Below, piece after piece: positions 14,652-25,080 of a stretch of DNA of 42,558 nt. How positions within the stretch are numbered: position 1 is the first letter of the stretch; each line of letters begins with the position of its first letter. The stretch is taken from positions 1-42,558 of the IMG/VR virus record IMGVR_UViG_3300030376_006202. One strand, 5' to 3'. Position numbers and translations under genes: made by a program. Origin of the DNA: a virus. Lineage: Duplodnaviria > Caudoviricetes. The notes under the pieces are model-generated. The model did no database searches, had not been told where the DNA came from, and saw nothing but the letters and a program-made list of their open reading frames with translations.

Positions 14652-15201
14652 AGCTCAAGTCTCCCTCGTTCCATCCAATGACAAAACAATCAATAGCAAA
14701 TGTACCACCATAAGCAGTAGAGCCATCTACATTAATACCAAATCTAAAATAAGCCACAGGCCCACTAATTGCTTCAGAGTCAAACCCACCATGAGTAAAT
14801 GAGATACCATCAGCCGCCCCGTTAAGGTCATTGCCAGCAGCACTGCCTGTGATTTCAAGCACAGTCTCTACAACACCAGTCGGTCTTACAGCCTCAACTC
14901 TACATGCAATATCTCCAGCTCCAGTAGGAGGAGTTCCGAGATCAGCAAAGACAACCTGGACCATCCAATTGGACTTAGATCCCCAGCCAACATTGTCTAG
15001 CCTTGCCATTGGCCCTGCATCTGCCGAAGGAGTTGGCTCTGTATACTTCTCAATTAAGCCAGAAGCATCTACAACAGGAGGAAAGTATATAGTTCTCCTT
15101 GCTGAAGTGTCAGTATCAATTCGATTATGGCCATTAGCTCCAATGCCCCAATTGCCATCACCAAGATTTGAGACTAAAACTCTTCTATGAATCTCAGACA
15201 T
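14632..15201 (-). CDS. beta-rich putative virion protein (189 aa)
   Basis: Gly/Asp/Thr-rich with alternating strand pattern; late operon. Confidence 0.6.
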   Translation of the reverse strand: MSEIHRRVLVSNLGDGNWGIGANGHNRIDTDTSARRTIYFPPVVDASGLIEKYTEPTPSADAGPMARLDNVGWGSKSNWMVQVVFADLGTPPTGAGDIACRVEAVRPTGVVETVLEITGSAAGNDLNGAADGISFTHGGFDSEAISGPVAYFRFGINVDGSTAYGGTFAIDCFVIGWNEGDLSYGLGTG

Positions 15202-15204
15202 TGT

Positions 15205-15375
15205 TTACTCCGATGGGTAGTTGCCATCACCACCAGAAGTGGGAGCATTGTGTTTGTCTTTACCACCAGTGCCGGTAGAAAGCTTAGTGCTAGATGCCTT
15301 AGATCCACGGGGCAGTTCTTCACGACTGCCCGTGTGTGAATACTTAGGCAATGAATAGTTCATGTCAGTGTTCAT
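15205..15375 (-). CDS. small low-complexity protein (56 aa)
   Basis: AGGAG RBS before ATG15375. Confidence 0.6.
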   Translation of the reverse strand: MNTDMNYSLPKYSHTGSREELPRGSKASSTKLSTGTGGKDKHNAPTSGGDGNYPSE

Positions 15376-15389
15376 AGTATCTCCTATTT

Positions 15390-18300
15390 TCATTGCTGCA
15401 TATTTAACATAAAGTTAGTTCTAAAATCATGAATATCTTTTAATTCGATTTCCCCAGAAAGTAACTTTCCTAATAAGTCTAACTCAATATACATGTGAGC
15501 GTCTAACTTATCATTTCTCAACTCTTTCTGCTTAATAGAAATTTTTGTCCGTAGCTCTCTCAATTCTTTGTTAACAGATTCAAAAGCATCTTCGTTTATT
15601 TCTTTTCCCATGGCCTGATCTTTCTTAAACTCTTTGTACTTATCATTAAGTTCTTTGTAGTAATTACGGGGATAAACCTTGTAATCCGGGTACATTGTTT
15701 GATCAAACGGAGTAACCGTTACACCCGCAAGGCCACCATATATTTGCCCTGGCCTTTTTGTGCCGTCAAATAACCCAATCCAACTTCTAATAAAACGAGG
15801 TACAAGGCGTTCCTTAATAATCTTACCTGCGCCCTCAAAACCTGTAGTGTCTGGAACAGACAATGGATCTCCAGTTAACTCCCCAGATTCAACCATTTCA
15901 TCTCGAAGTAACTTCTTATTCTTTTGAGATGATGTAGAGTTTACCAAAGATTCTTTAATTTGATTACCAATACCACCCATACCATAGGTAAGCATTGCGT
16001 TACGCATATTTGCGTAATCATTGGGGACAATCTCTTCTATGTTTTTAGGCAGTTGCTGGTGAACGGAAGATGGATCAAAAGGCAAATGCAAGGGAATGTT
16101 GCCTAAAAAGCCGTCAACACCAAGCATAGAAAGGGGGATACTTGCTGGTACACCCGTAATAACAGATCCTCTGTAAGTCATCGGGCCGCCAACAAAAGAC
16201 TTACTCTTTCCGTACTCCCTGCCAGTTGCCTCTTCGGTAATGCTTCCCGGCAAAAACTGAAGAGTTGGGTCGCCGTAAGTAGATCTAATTTCAGCAATTG
16301 ATGTCTTCAGCTTAAGAGTCTCTTCCAATGCTTTGTCGTTTGACCTTGCTAAGTGAGCTAAGATAAAAGAACGAATAGGGTGATTTGTTAGCATATGCCC
16401 ATGGTTCTGGACCTGCTGCGCTGAGAAAGTAATAAAGTCCATGGTAAATGTACTAAACAAAGAACCAGTAGCCCCAAGAGATTTTGGACCAGTACCATAT
16501 CTCATAAAGTCTAAGTATTTCGGAAGATCAACATAAGAAACATACGTCCTTAAGCTCTCTTCATAAGCGCGTGAAGGTCTAAAATTGTGACTTGTTTCAA
16601 GCTGGTATTGATACGCTATCTTTTGAACCATGTCAGGCTTAGTATATAAGAACCTAATGACTTTCCAGGGAACTCCAATGGCGGAGGCTGCCTTTTTAAG
16701 AGCAGCCTCTGACTTCGAGAATGATATAGCCTCATCGAAGTCAACAGTGTTAAAATCTTTTAAGAACTCATTTCCTTCCCGAAAGCCTTTTAACTTTAAA
16801 GTTTCAGAAAGGTTTTTAATGGCTTCTTTTGATGTTGGCTTATCTGCTCTGTTTACCTTTTCTATGATCTTGTCTTTAGACATTCTTTCAAACATTGAAT
16901 AGATCATGTCATAGAACTTTTTAATGCCCTTTGTAAGCGGAGCGCCTTGACCTGTTACTTCAGCAAAAAAAGACGTGTCTGATGCGTGTTCTTTAATAAT
17001 CCTAATAAGCCGTTTGTCTTTTGGAACCCTTCCCTCTGATATATCAATTAAGGCTTTTGAAACACGAACAACATGTGCCGGGTTTGCAACATGCTTCCCA
17101 TGGAACAGACCCCCAAAAACTTGAGCATGGTAGATATTTCTTAAAACCGAGTTGTTAAAAACGTCAAGAACAAGCCCAGCTTTAGTTGCCTGCTGAATAT
17201 AACCAAAAGCAACTCCCTCTCGACTTTTCTGAAGGGCCATTTGCAATGCCTTTTGCCTTCCAAAAAAATCAGCAACCTGACGGTTTATATAAGCACCTTC
17301 CATTGTAGAAGGAAAAACCATTTCATTTTCAATTTTTATATTTGTTACTTTGTCGTATTGTTTTTTTAGGTTTTCTGGGAGCCTGCTGTGTTCATATTCA
17401 TTTAGTATTTTGCCCTTAGATCGAAGATAATCTTGAAGCTTTAGTTGATGAAGAACATCAGTTAAACCAACAACTGTTTGCATTGCTGAGTGTTGGTAAT
17501 CAGCATACATTTGCATAAGTTCGCCATCTTTAAAAACCTTACCAAATGATTGCTCCATAAAGAATTTTTCAACAATAGACAATTCTCTTCCAAGCTTAGC
17601 TATTTGTTCTTTTGAGGTCATAGAAAGAGCTTTGTTAATTGCTATTGCAGGATTGCCTCCAGCATCCTGCAAAAACTTTTTACTTTCTGGAAAAGCTAGC
17701 AGTACGTTTTCAGCTAGTCTATTGAGTTGTTGTTGAACTAAGACTGGATTAGCTTCACCGCTTTCAAGTTTACGCATTGTGTTTTCAAGAAAAGAAGCGA
17801 CCCTGTTTGTCTCAATAAAGGTACTTAGGTATTGTGACGTTACCTTCATAATGTCATAAGGCTGAACCTCAAACACCCTTGTTTCTCCAGGTTTCGTTGC
17901 TGGCGCACTTCCTCTTTTTGACTGGTAAGATATTGAAGAAATATCATCTTCTGTGAATGTGAAGATGTTTGTTCCTGTGTCACCACCAGATTCTTTTCTA
18001 AACTTTTCGGCTTGTATTTGCCCTTTTTCGCTGTTTTCAAACTTCTTAAGAATGTTTATTTCACCCATTGCGTTTTGACGAGCTACAACGTTTTGAAAAC
18101 CATCAGAGGTTTTAAACATAAGTCTTGTTGTGTTTTGTCCTGTAGCAATTTGAATCACTAGGTCTTGAACAGCTTTTCTTCTTGGGGCAACAAAGTCATT
18201 GGCAATCACAACAACGGCTTTTTCAAAGTCGTCCATTGCTGCAATTGATTTTTTAGGAGTGTATTTAATGTCCTGAACACCAGTTAAAACATTTTCCATT

Positions 18301-21300
18301 GTTAGTTGAGAATTAACCTCAAACTCAGTTAAAGCTTTTGTAAGTTCATATTGATCGTAGGGGGTAAACTGCTTTGTTGGATCTTTAGACTTTTCCCTTA
18401 ACTCTTCAATCGTAGACCTTACTCTGTTCATGTCAGGAAAAATATTGTCAACCAACATTCTTCCTTTTGGCTGGGCTAACAAGGCTTCCGTTTCTCTTTT
18501 CATTGCATCAAGCACTTGAAGCTTAGTATTGTTAGTTTCGCTAAGCTCAAAAAGCATTTCCTCAATTCTATAAAGTCTTTCTTTTAAAAGATTAGAAGCA
18601 TCGGCAGTTAGCTCTAAGAATGAGGAAACTCTATATGAGTTTCCATTTTTAGGGTTAACCACATCAGTATCTAGATTTCTGTGGACGGCATGGCTAATTT
18701 CATGAAGCTCCATCCTGTTTACATTTAAAGTTTCCCCGCTGTTAAAAGAAGCTTCAGCATTATCAAAAACTCTTTGAACATCATCTTCTGTAACTTTTAC
18801 TTTTTTGTTTGGATCAAACTTTTTTGCAATCTGCTCTACTTCAAAGGCTCTTGAGGACTCATAAGCTTTTATCCTGTAGTAGTCTTCCTGGCCAAGAATT
18901 TTCGATGGCTTGGAAAGCTTATCTAAAACTCTAGCAAGAACATTTGATTGTTCACCTGTTGAAAAATGATGAAGGGCAGCTTCGTCAATTATATTTCTCA
19001 CAAAGCCAGGAATGTTTAACGCAGCGTATGGCCTTGAAAGGGCCTCCGCTGCTGCATAAACAACAAACCTTTTTTGTCCTGTTTTTCTGTATTGATTAAC
19101 TAGGTTTATCCCCTCTTGCCCAATAGCCGTTCTGGCTGCGGCCCTTCCTATTCTTTGGGGGAGGGTGTCTTGTGAGACACCATATATCTTTTGAGGTCTT
19201 GCTGCTCCTTTTTGCCCCTCTGGGGCAATAAAACCCCTAAACATAGGACTAGAGACATCATCGACAACGCCATACTCTCCGACAAAATGATCACGACTTT
19301 TTTCAACGGAAACAATTGCATCTCTGTTTGCTTTACTGTCGTCCATAAATCTTTGAAGAGTAGCCGCCGGGAGGTCTAGGCCAAAGAAGGCTTCAGGAGG
19401 GGCTCCCTTCACAGAAAGCTCATCAGCAATAGCAAGTGCTTCGAACTCATCTCGAACTACTCTAGGGCTTTTTCTTGTTTCTTTTGCAAATACACTTATA
19501 GGCCCTTCAGTCGGGTCAATAGATCTAACAGCTTCCGATCTAGCCTTTACACCTTCTATGTATTTCTTTTGTCGAACTATTGAAATTCCGCTAGCAATGT
19601 TTTTGTTGGCTTTGCTTAGATACTTGGCTTTTGATACTTTTACTAAATAACTCCACACTCTGGGGTCATCTATGCCCTCTTCTATAAGCGCAGCAATCAT
19701 CTGCTTCGTGCCAGATTGTGTCGTATAGTTTCGGATGTCATAGTTGTCTTTAGATTTTAATCTATCTAATGTGTTTTTTGCAAAGGTAGTGTCTCTCAGC
19801 AAAGCATCTCTATCCATATCATGCAAAACATCTAATAAATCTAGCTCTGTTGTAGCTTCATCTCTAAGAAACTGCTTACGCTCTTTTCTTTGGAACCCAG
19901 CTAAGGATTCAGCGCGCTCCATTTTCACAAGACTTGACTCTGGCTGAGGCACAGTGTCAGACAAATCTACTTTAATAGATCCATCTTCACCGACCGCTGC
20001 CTCTAAATTCCCTTCAAAGTAATCCTCACGGGTTTTCTTTAGTTTTTGGATTTGAATCTCTTGAGCTTCTAGGCTTTTTATAAAAGCCCCGTCTTGCTCA
20101 ACTTTAGGCTTTGTTTTTTCTTTTTGTTTAAATCTTTCAATTTCATTTAATTGCCTTTGATATTGGCCAACCGTGTCTGTTGTAGACACGGTTGTTTTGC
20201 CGACAATTCTTTCACCCTCTAATAAGTCAGCAGCGTCATCTGCAACATCATAAATGACGTTTGCTGGGTCAGCCTGTTCATTTATAACATCGTCAAGAAT
20301 GCTTTTATTAAGAGTTTTTGCTGTTTCAAATCCTTCAAATATGGCTTCAATAAATGGAATTTCATTCACATCATAGTCGAAAGTTCTAATTCCCGGCGCC
20401 GTCTTTCTACCTCTTGCAAAAGAAGCGGCATCAGAAGCATCTATACCAAAACGAAATGTTTTTAATCCGCCTCTTGCTGTCGCAGCAATACCAGCCGCAA
20501 GGTCAACAAACACATCAGTTGGGTAATCTTCTAGTTTTTTGTCTGCTTTCTTTTGCAGCTCTTTGTCCTCAAACTCCTTACCAAGCAAAGACGCAATGCC
20601 AGCAAAAGAAAGAAATGTTTGATAAGGAAGCTCACCTACAGACGCCCCTAGATTATTAAAGTAAGCACTAGCAGAATCCTCAAACAGAGGATTCTTTGCC
20701 ATTGTCTCTACAGTTAACAGGTGAGGAGCGTATTTGTGGAGCCTCCTACGCCTTTTCTCGACATCCTTGCCCTTTATCTGGTCTCCACGCCACCTGGGAC
20801 CAAGCTCGCCGCTAGCAGCCATTTCAGAGAGTTTTTTCATCTCTGCTTTTTGGACGTGTCTTAAGGCAACATTGCTAAACAATCTTCTTCTTTCTTGGAA
20901 TGCTCTTGCGGCAGCCCCATAAACTTCACCAGAAGAATCACTTGTAAAGAATTTTTCAGCAGGATACCTGCCCAAGGCTTTCTTTACTTCGGCCCTCATT
21001 TTTTCATCTGGAATTACAGAAAGAAATTTATCAAAGTCCTCTTTATAGTGTTTTTTCATTCCGGTGTCTGCGACACCTTTTTCAAAAATATAGTAGGACG
21101 CGTTGTTTATAAGATCTATTTGGTCTTGTGCAATTTTTCTTTTGGGGGCATAGCCTAAAAAAAGTTTCGCATAATTATAGTTTCTATTTTTACCTGTATT
21201 TTGTGCAGTCCTTATCGATTTAATCGCTTCAGGCTCTGCAAAGCCTGACAGCGCATAAGTATTAAATATCCTTTTAACTTCTTTTTCGAACTCATGTGGG

Positions 21301-22940
21301 TTTAATGTAGCGCCCGATCTAGACAAGTTTTCCTGAAGTAAAGCTGAAATTTGCCCAAACAATTTATCTTTATCTTTAGCTATTTTAGAAGTAGCTAAAA
21401 TTATATCAGAAGGTTGAAAAATTGGTATTGATATGGTGTTGTCATCATCGGTTAGCGTTTTTCCCCTGAGAGATATCTCAACCACATCTTTAAAAAACAC
21501 ATCATTTACATCAGGCTCCCCAGTGCTCTGAAGATTATCAATCAGATATTCTGGGTCTTGAGTTCCGCCTTTGCCGCTAAGATGCCAATCAATTACACCG
21601 CTACCCGTTGTGTTCAAAAGAACAAAGTTTTCTTCTTCAGAAAGAGGCTCTTCTCCACGAAGGTAATATTTTTCATTTGCAAAAGGAGCAACAACACTGC
21701 TTGCAATAACACCGAAAAGACCAAGGGTCATATTCGATATACCACCAGCAACTTTATAAATGTTTCCAACGTCAAGAGTTCCAGCGGATTGCCCAGAAGA
21801 AATTTTAGCAGTGTCATACATTACAGAGTGAGTTATAGACTCTATAGTTGACTCAGAAGACTTTTTAATCTTTCTGTCCATAATGGACATTGCTTTGCGT
21901 CGTTCTTTTGGACTTAAGTTTGAAACGCCAAGCTCTTCTAGCATAAGTATTTTTGCGTACTGCTGTGGAGTTTCAAAAGTGTCCATGGCTCCGCCGACAC
22001 TTCTTTCTTCTTCAAAACCTTCTTCGATTTCTTTAACAGTTCTTCTAGATCTAGATTTCTCTAGTGCTTCCTCTAGCGTTGGGCTTGGTTTCATGGAGGT
22101 CGAAAAAGCACCTCCTTCTTTTCGAGATGACTCAAAAGCAGCCTCTGCTGCGTTTCTTATGTTTTCTCTTCTCGATTGAGATAAACGTAAATCTTGCGGC
22201 CTTTTTCCAGGAACGCCACTTGCTTCTGCAATTACGTCGTCAACATATGTTTCTAGAAATTGAAGTTTTGTTTCTTCAGACAACTCCTTGTCCGATGCGT
22301 TTTTAATTAAAGAATCTCTTCTTTCGGAATCACTAAAGGTTGTTGTGTTAAAATAACCTAAGTTTTTAGCTGACTTCCAAGATCCCTCCGCAAAAGTCCT
22401 TGCTTGCTCAGGAGTGTCAAACGCAATGTAGTTATTAGACTCAAAAGCAGTCATTGCGTCATTGTCATCGTAAAGACTAGTTCCATCAAAACGAGTTGTC
22501 GGGAACGCAATATTAATGCCGTTAATGGTGTCATAGCCCATTGCATGGGTTAAGTCATTTCCATCTGCATCTTTATCTGAAGGATATCTTTCCGGCCTTA
22601 ACATTCTGTCAACAAAGGGAACATCTTTGTTTTTTTCTAGTATTTGAGATTGTTTTTCTGAGTACAGGTCTACTGTTTCAGACAAAAGCCTATTGCCAAA
22701 CTCAGATGCAAAGTCTCCAGCCATACCAAAGTCAAAGCTAGGAGTGTCTATAGGCTGAGGAGCCTCCACGGGCTCCTCTTCTTCGGGGAAATAGTCAATT
22801 ATTTCAGGAGACGCAGCCATTGGTTCAGTGGCAGTAAGGGGGTCAAATACTACTTCTTCTTCCTCTGGGAAGTAGTCAATGACCGCATCTTCAACATCGT
22901 CTTCCTCTGGGAAGTAGTCTGGTATATCCTTAAGAACCAC
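15390..22940 (-). CDS. very large internal virion / DNA ejection protein (2516 aa)
   Basis: Last and largest of three helical-looking genes after the tail nozzle, as in podovirus ejectosome modules. Confidence 0.7.
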   Translation of the reverse strand: MVLKDIPDYFPEEDDVEDAVIDYFPEEEEVVFDPLTATEPMAASPEIIDYFPEEEEPVEAPQPIDTPSFDFGMAGDFASEFGNRLLSETVDLYSEKQSQILEKNKDVPFVDRMLRPERYPSDKDADGNDLTHAMGYDTINGINIAFPTTRFDGTSLYDDNDAMTAFESNNYIAFDTPEQARTFAEGSWKSAKNLGYFNTTTFSDSERRDSLIKNASDKELSEETKLQFLETYVDDVIAEASGVPGKRPQDLRLSQSRRENIRNAAEAAFESSRKEGGAFSTSMKPSPTLEEALEKSRSRRTVKEIEEGFEEERSVGGAMDTFETPQQYAKILMLEELGVSNLSPKERRKAMSIMDRKIKKSSESTIESITHSVMYDTAKISSGQSAGTLDVGNIYKVAGGISNMTLGLFGVIASSVVAPFANEKYYLRGEEPLSEEENFVLLNTTGSGVIDWHLSGKGGTQDPEYLIDNLQSTGEPDVNDVFFKDVVEISLRGKTLTDDDNTISIPIFQPSDIILATSKIAKDKDKLFGQISALLQENLSRSGATLNPHEFEKEVKRIFNTYALSGFAEPEAIKSIRTAQNTGKNRNYNYAKLFLGYAPKRKIAQDQIDLINNASYYIFEKGVADTGMKKHYKEDFDKFLSVIPDEKMRAEVKKALGRYPAEKFFTSDSSGEVYGAAARAFQERRRLFSNVALRHVQKAEMKKLSEMAASGELGPRWRGDQIKGKDVEKRRRRLHKYAPHLLTVETMAKNPLFEDSASAYFNNLGASVGELPYQTFLSFAGIASLLGKEFEDKELQKKADKKLEDYPTDVFVDLAAGIAATARGGLKTFRFGIDASDAASFARGRKTAPGIRTFDYDVNEIPFIEAIFEGFETAKTLNKSILDDVINEQADPANVIYDVADDAADLLEGERIVGKTTVSTTDTVGQYQRQLNEIERFKQKEKTKPKVEQDGAFIKSLEAQEIQIQKLKKTREDYFEGNLEAAVGEDGSIKVDLSDTVPQPESSLVKMERAESLAGFQRKERKQFLRDEATTELDLLDVLHDMDRDALLRDTTFAKNTLDRLKSKDNYDIRNYTTQSGTKQMIAALIEEGIDDPRVWSYLVKVSKAKYLSKANKNIASGISIVRQKKYIEGVKARSEAVRSIDPTEGPISVFAKETRKSPRVVRDEFEALAIADELSVKGAPPEAFFGLDLPAATLQRFMDDSKANRDAIVSVEKSRDHFVGEYGVVDDVSSPMFRGFIAPEGQKGAARPQKIYGVSQDTLPQRIGRAAARTAIGQEGINLVNQYRKTGQKRFVVYAAAEALSRPYAALNIPGFVRNIIDEAALHHFSTGEQSNVLARVLDKLSKPSKILGQEDYYRIKAYESSRAFEVEQIAKKFDPNKKVKVTEDDVQRVFDNAEASFNSGETLNVNRMELHEISHAVHRNLDTDVVNPKNGNSYRVSSFLELTADASNLLKERLYRIEEMLFELSETNNTKLQVLDAMKRETEALLAQPKGRMLVDNIFPDMNRVRSTIEELREKSKDPTKQFTPYDQYELTKALTEFEVNSQLTMENVLTGVQDIKYTPKKSIAAMDDFEKAVVVIANDFVAPRRKAVQDLVIQIATGQNTTRLMFKTSDGFQNVVARQNAMGEINILKKFENSEKGQIQAEKFRKESGGDTGTNIFTFTEDDISSISYQSKRGSAPATKPGETRVFEVQPYDIMKVTSQYLSTFIETNRVASFLENTMRKLESGEANPVLVQQQLNRLAENVLLAFPESKKFLQDAGGNPAIAINKALSMTSKEQIAKLGRELSIVEKFFMEQSFGKVFKDGELMQMYADYQHSAMQTVVGLTDVLHQLKLQDYLRSKGKILNEYEHSRLPENLKKQYDKVTNIKIENEMVFPSTMEGAYINRQVADFFGRQKALQMALQKSREGVAFGYIQQATKAGLVLDVFNNSVLRNIYHAQVFGGLFHGKHVANPAHVVRVSKALIDISEGRVPKDKRLIRIIKEHASDTSFFAEVTGQGAPLTKGIKKFYDMIYSMFERMSKDKIIEKVNRADKPTSKEAIKNLSETLKLKGFREGNEFLKDFNTVDFDEAISFSKSEAALKKAASAIGVPWKVIRFLYTKPDMVQKIAYQYQLETSHNFRPSRAYEESLRTYVSYVDLPKYLDFMRYGTGPKSLGATGSLFSTFTMDFITFSAQQVQNHGHMLTNHPIRSFILAHLARSNDKALEETLKLKTSIAEIRSTYGDPTLQFLPGSITEEATGREYGKSKSFVGGPMTYRGSVITGVPASIPLSMLGVDGFLGNIPLHLPFDPSSVHQQLPKNIEEIVPNDYANMRNAMLTYGMGGIGNQIKESLVNSTSSQKNKKLLRDEMVESGELTGDPLSVPDTTGFEGAGKIIKERLVPRFIRSWIGLFDGTKRPGQIYGGLAGVTVTPFDQTMYPDYKVYPRNYYKELNDKYKEFKKDQAMGKEINEDAFESVNKELRELRTKISIKQKELRNDKLDAHMYIELDLLGKLLSGEIELKDIHDFRTNFMLNMQQ

Positions 22941-25066
22941 TATTGTCCTCGTTTCAATTTAAATGCTTTTCTAAAGCTGCCGTAAGATGTAAGTGTATTC
23001 TTTTGTGCTGCTAAGAAGAAGTCGCGTTCTTTTGGCTTTGATGAAATCTCTTTCCATTGTTCTTTTGTTAGCCAATCATGACGAGCTTTTGCCTCATCAA
23101 AGCTTGTCATTGGAGTGGAGGCAGAAACTCCCTTTTGGGTACCGAAAATATAAAGATCATCAAGCACTCCTCCAGAAAATTCTCCAGCAATTGCTTGGCT
23201 TTTTTGTCCCTCAGTGATTGGAGCCTCTTTAAGAAGTTGAGGATCTGCCACAACATTAGCGGCCACAGCTTTTTTCTCTTCTTGTACGACAGCCCGTGAC
23301 CTACCTCCCCTTAGACCTTCTGGAGTAACACCAGATTCAGCAAGCCTGTTGACCATAAAGTCTACTTTCTCTTCGTTTGTCGAGTCTTTCCACCATTCGA
23401 GCGATCTAAGATACTTAGGGTCAATGGCTTTGAATGCAGCACTGTCAGCACCAAAAGACTTTTTAACCTTATCTACGAGAGCGCTTCTTGCATTTTTATC
23501 CCCTCCATCTGCTGAAACCACATTTTTCCAGTCATCAGAAGCCCTTTTTCTCCTTCTAGAAGGGTCTAGTTCCCCAGCTTTTTTACCCTCAAATCGAGAC
23601 AATGTGACCGGGCCTAACCCTGTTACCTCTTGAGTCTTAACTGCCGGGTCAACTTTAATATCTGGTCGGCTCATTGCATTTTTGATCTGTTGACTAGCCT
23701 CTTGCATTGTCGAAAGAGTCCCTGCTCTTTCTTCTTTAAGCCCTTTAATAGTTGCACTAACGGACTTTTTTTGTGCAGACGTAATATCTGTTGCCTTTAA
23801 TTTAGTTTCCAGCCGAGCTATATCTCTATCAAGTCTTATTAAATTCTTTTCTTCTCTCAGAATTGCAAGGCTATTTGTTTCTATAGCCCCTTCAACTGAT
23901 CTGGGAGATGGGATCTTCACATAAGTTCTTGGACCGGGCCTTGCTCCAAAGACAGTAATATCTTCAACTCTTCCGCCATTTGGAGACGATAGGACTGCTC
24001 TTTCAAACTCAGCAGCCTCGTTAGGCAAGGCTGCGTTATAAGCAGATGATACATGCATTAAGCCTTTTTCTAAGTTTCGATCTCTTAGCCTTGCAGAAGC
24101 CTCAACAAGATCTTTCGTAAACTTTTTCTTAAACGCTATTCTGTCTTCTGCGGTCATCTTTTTGGCGGTTTTGTTAAAGAATTCAAATCTAGCACCGACA
24201 TCTGCTTTAAAAGCGTCTAGTTCTTTTCTGTCTTCAGTCTCAAGAACCTTAGCTCTTTCTTTTGCAAGAGTTGCTCTTTTTTTCATATCAGAGGCATAAG
24301 GCGTTCCAAAGATATTGGGGTACATTTTTTCAGCTTCTTGTGCGGCCTGCTCCATAACACTAAGGGGTTTTCTTCTTGGGGCTCTTTCAGGTGCCCCCTC
24401 AGAAGCCCTTTCGCCAGGCCTCATTGCGTCATATTCCGCCTCTGTTACCCTAGTAAGCTCTTTACCATCCTTCATTAAGGACTCAGGCTCAGGAAGCGAC
24501 ACTGGCTCTTTGCCCATTTTCTTTCTAGCAGATTCTGCTTTAGTGATTAGATCACCTAAGCCCATATCGTCTTTAACGGTGCCTGCCGCTTTTGCTTTTT
24601 CGTAATCGCTCTTAGGAACCATAAGATCACGCCCGCCCATGCCGCTTCTTGTTGACAGCATGCTATTTCCTTGGGTGGGTGGTCGAATTCCATCGGTTGG
24701 CGATGTCGGCATTTTACGACCGCCATCAACCCAACTGCCAAAACCTTCAGGAGGTTTTGTTGGGTCATATGCTTCCCCATGAAGCCTTTCAAATAAAGCT
24801 CTTTGGGATGGTGACTCTTTACCCATCTCCCAAAGTCTATATTTTTGTTCTTTAAGGCGGTGACCCTGCACAGAGGCCAACTCTTCTTTTCCACCAAACA
24901 AACCATACTGGGCAGCATCAACAGCAAGCTTACCTAGAAGCTTTGGCAATTGATCTACGGAGGCGTTTAAAAGACGCCTCCCTGGACTATTAGACATTCT
25001 TCTTTGCCTTTCAGCTTCTTTTTGTTGCCTAAAGGCTATGTCTGTTTTTGCGGAATAAAATCCCAT
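22940..25066 (-). CDS. internal virion / ejection protein (708 aa)
   Basis: Charged, coiled-coil rich; synteny. Confidence 0.6.
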   Translation of the reverse strand: MGFYSAKTDIAFRQQKEAERQRRMSNSPGRRLLNASVDQLPKLLGKLAVDAAQYGLFGGKEELASVQGHRLKEQKYRLWEMGKESPSQRALFERLHGEAYDPTKPPEGFGSWVDGGRKMPTSPTDGIRPPTQGNSMLSTRSGMGGRDLMVPKSDYEKAKAAGTVKDDMGLGDLITKAESARKKMGKEPVSLPEPESLMKDGKELTRVTEAEYDAMRPGERASEGAPERAPRRKPLSVMEQAAQEAEKMYPNIFGTPYASDMKKRATLAKERAKVLETEDRKELDAFKADVGARFEFFNKTAKKMTAEDRIAFKKKFTKDLVEASARLRDRNLEKGLMHVSSAYNAALPNEAAEFERAVLSSPNGGRVEDITVFGARPGPRTYVKIPSPRSVEGAIETNSLAILREEKNLIRLDRDIARLETKLKATDITSAQKKSVSATIKGLKEERAGTLSTMQEASQQIKNAMSRPDIKVDPAVKTQEVTGLGPVTLSRFEGKKAGELDPSRRRKRASDDWKNVVSADGGDKNARSALVDKVKKSFGADSAAFKAIDPKYLRSLEWWKDSTNEEKVDFMVNRLAESGVTPEGLRGGRSRAVVQEEKKAVAANVVADPQLLKEAPITEGQKSQAIAGEFSGGVLDDLYIFGTQKGVSASTPMTSFDEAKARHDWLTKEQWKEISSKPKERDFFLAAQKNTLTSYGSFRKAFKLKRGQ

Positions 25067-25080
25067 GTTGGCCTCGTGTA

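Noticed and set aside
15390-16150. Virion RNA polymerase in the 2516-aa protein (GVDG, MLTYG and IHD resemble T7/N4 motifs A, B and C)
   Set aside because: No R-x3-K-x7-YG motif, motif A to B spacing is far too short, IHD is only ~11 aa from the C-terminus, and no catalytic DxDGD in a plausible context; synteny fits an ejection protein
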